Program-made: the position numbers and the translations under genes
Shown here: piece by piece, positions 62,066 to 64,000 of the stretch
Numbering within the stretch: the stretch's first letter is position 1
Layout: every line of letters starts with the position of its first letter
Notes under the pieces: generated by a model
What the model was told of the DNA's origin: nothing
Database searches by the model: none
The model's input: the letters and a program-made list of their open reading frames with translations, nothing else
Assembly: GCA_963770565.1 (NCBI GenBank)
Contig: CAVYQE010000001.1
Location: 512,001 to 576,000 of the forward strand
Direction of reading: 5' to 3'
Origin: an uncultured Actinomycetota bacterium
GTDB lineage: Bacteria; Actinomycetota; Actinomycetes; JAFAQI01
DNA: 64,000 nt

Positions 62066-62802
62066 TGGCGAACCACAGCATCCCGCACCAGATCGCGACC
62101 TGGTTCTCGACGCGGTCGAGCTACACCGGCAGCAACGGCGCGGTGTTGCGGCTGGAACAGCACCTCGAGATCTCAGCGCTGGCGATCGGGCTGGCGGCGG
62201 TCGTCTCGATCCCGCTGGGCATCGCGCTGGCCCGCTGGCGGCGTGGCGGGGTGGTGGTCACGAGCATCGCGAACGCGGCCCGCGCGATCCCGATTCTCGG
62301 GATCCTGATCCTGCTGGCGGTCGGCACGCTCGGCGTCGGCACCGCGTCGGCCGTCGTGGCACTGGCGATCTTCGCGGTCCCGCCGATGCTCACCAACACC
62401 TTCACCGGGATCCAGCAGGTCGATCAGGACACCCGGCGGGCTGCCGTGGGGATGGGGATGACGCGCTGGCAGCTGACCCGACGGGTCGAGGTGCCGCTCG
62501 CGATCCCGCTGATCGCCACCGGCTTCCGGCTCGCGACCGTCCAGGTCTGGGCTACGGCGACGCTGGCGGCGATCGTCGGCAGCGGTGGCCTCGGGCAGCT
62601 GGTCATCACCGGCCGGGAGATCCAGGACTACGGCGAACTGTACGGCGGGGTGGTGTTCATCGTCGTGACCGCGCTGATGATCGAGGGTGGGCTGGCGCTC
62701 GTCGAACGCGCGCTGCGCCGCCGGTTCGGCGACAGCGGTGCCCAGCGGCCGCCGGGGATGGCCGTGGCGAGCGTGGAACCGGTTGCGAGCAGGCTCCGGT
62801 GA
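62065..62802 (+). CDS. Osmoprotectant ABC transporter permease
   Basis: ARAIP, AAVGMGM, VEVPLAIP. Confidence 0.9.
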   Translation: MANHSIPHQIATWFSTRSSYTGSNGAVLRLEQHLEISALAIGLAAVVSIPLGIALARWRRGGVVVTSIANAARAIPILGILILLAVGTLGVGTASAVVALAIFAVPPMLTNTFTGIQQVDQDTRRAAVGMGMTRWQLTRRVEVPLAIPLIATGFRLATVQVWATATLAAIVGSGGLGQLVITGREIQDYGELYGGVVFIVVTALMIEGGLALVERALRRRFGDSGAQRPPGMAVASVEPVASRLR

Positions 62803-62949
62803 CGGTCACGGTCGGGTATCAATAGCGACCGGGTCCGATATCCCGGTTGGCGGTGTCAGTGGGGCGTGCCAGGATCGGTTCGTGCGGGGAAACCCGCCAG
62901 GACACGCGCGGCCAGCCCGGCCGCGGGACACAGAAGGCGGCTGATCCCC

Positions 62950-63927
62950 ATGCCAAGACTCCCTCGTCGTTCACTGCTCGGTTTCACCGCAGCCTCTATC
63001 GTGCTCGCGCTCAGCGCCGCCGCCTGTGGCTCGTCGAGCAGTGGGGGCAAGCTCTCGACGACCTCCGTGCCGACGTTCTGCGGCTCGACCGCGGGGTCGG
63101 GCAGCGTGGTCATCGGGGCGTTCAACTTCTCCGAGTCCGAGCTGCTCGCCAACATCTACGCCGCAGCGCTCAACAAGTGCGGGTTCTCCGCGACCGTGAA
63201 GGCGCTCGGCGCGCGCGAGGTGGTCTACCCCGCGTTGAAGAAGGGCTCGCTCGCCGCCGTGCCCGAGTACGCCGCGACGCTGACCGACTTCATCAATGAC
63301 GCCGCCAACGGTGCGAACGCGCCGAGCAAGGCGTCGGGCAACATCGACACCACCATGGTGGCGCTGCGGGCCGAGCTGCCCGCGAACCTGGTCGCGCTCG
63401 ACCCGGCATCTGCGACCGACAAGAACTCCTTCGCGGTCAAGTCGAGCTTTGCGACCGCCAACAACATCACGACGATGTCGCAGCTCGGGACCTACTCCCA
63501 GTCCCACCCGCTGACCCTCGGCGGTCCGGCCGAGTGCCAGACCCGGCCGTTCTGCGAGCCCGGCCTGAAGCAGACCTACGGGATGAAGTTCTCTAAGTTC
63601 GTCACGCTCGATGCCGGCGGCCCGCTCACCGTGAAGGCGCTCAAGCAGGGCAAGATCGACATCGGTCTGGTCTTCAGCTCCGACCCGACTGTCGAGCAGG
63701 CCGGCCTGACCGTGCTGACCGACGACAAGAACCTGCAGGCGTCGGACAACATCGTGGCGATCGTGCAGAAGAAGTACTCGACCGGCCCGTTCGCCACTGC
63801 CCTCAACGCGGTCGACTCCAAGCTGACCCAGGACGTCCTGGTCGGCCTCAACAAGTCAGTCGGCATCGACCGCACCCCGATCCCAACCGCCGCGTCCGCG
63901 TTCCTCACCCAGGTCGGCCTGTCCTAG
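62950..63927 (+). CDS. Glycine betaine/choline-type ABC substrate-binding lipoprotein
   Basis: Lipobox AAAC, FSESELLANIY, VPEY, RPFCEPGL...YG, LTDDK. Confidence 0.9.
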   Translation: MPRLPRRSLLGFTAASIVLALSAAACGSSSSGGKLSTTSVPTFCGSTAGSGSVVIGAFNFSESELLANIYAAALNKCGFSATVKALGAREVVYPALKKGSLAAVPEYAATLTDFINDAANGANAPSKASGNIDTTMVALRAELPANLVALDPASATDKNSFAVKSSFATANNITTMSQLGTYSQSHPLTLGGPAECQTRPFCEPGLKQTYGMKFSKFVTLDAGGPLTVKALKQGKIDIGLVFSSDPTVEQAGLTVLTDDKNLQASDNIVAIVQKKYSTGPFATALNAVDSKLTQDVLVGLNKSVGIDRTPIPTAASAFLTQVGLS

Positions 63928-64000
63928 CCGCGAGGCCAGCGGCACAGCTGCACCGCTGCCGGCGTTCTCGGTCGCTTGCGGGCGTCAGCCCGCGGCGCTC

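Overview
High-GC (about 70%) actinobacterial chromosome segment, mostly conserved core backbone. It is syntenic with the M. tuberculosis Rv36xx-Rv37xx / Streptomyces SCO35xx-type region: dnaX end-ybaB-recR-ask-asd, tRNA-Pro, ponA-whiB4-ArsA pair-crp-nth-marP, HAD hydrolase-6C RNA-ssd/tad pilus cluster, helicase-bldG-hppA-topA-MFS/tmk-holB, tRNA-Thr, ppa-dacB-tilS-hpt-ftsH-folPBK, then an osmoprotectant ABC transporter. Accessory material sits next to both tRNAs. The most striking observation is an IS481-family element (6860-8180) inserted into the 3' end of tRNA-Pro(CGG). It has a 16-bp direct repeat that regenerates the tRNA, and its right end carries an exact 12-nt copy of the T-arm of the tRNA it hit. 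Other notable items: a dispersed 31-bp-period palindromic repeat family at three loci, a second unrelated 31-bp-period palindrome element, a MIRU-like translationally coupled insert between ask and asd, a 68-bp tandem repeat beside the 6C RNA, an RsiG-like c-di-GMP anti-sigma factor with a sigma28-type promoter, an ECF sigma/ZAS pair with matching divergent promoters, and an orphan tandem-duplicated holin. Three single-base frameshifts (ponA, dacB, IS transposase) suggest indel errors in the assembly. No CRISPR array or prophage was seen. All calls are by eye from motifs and synteny; no database searches were run.
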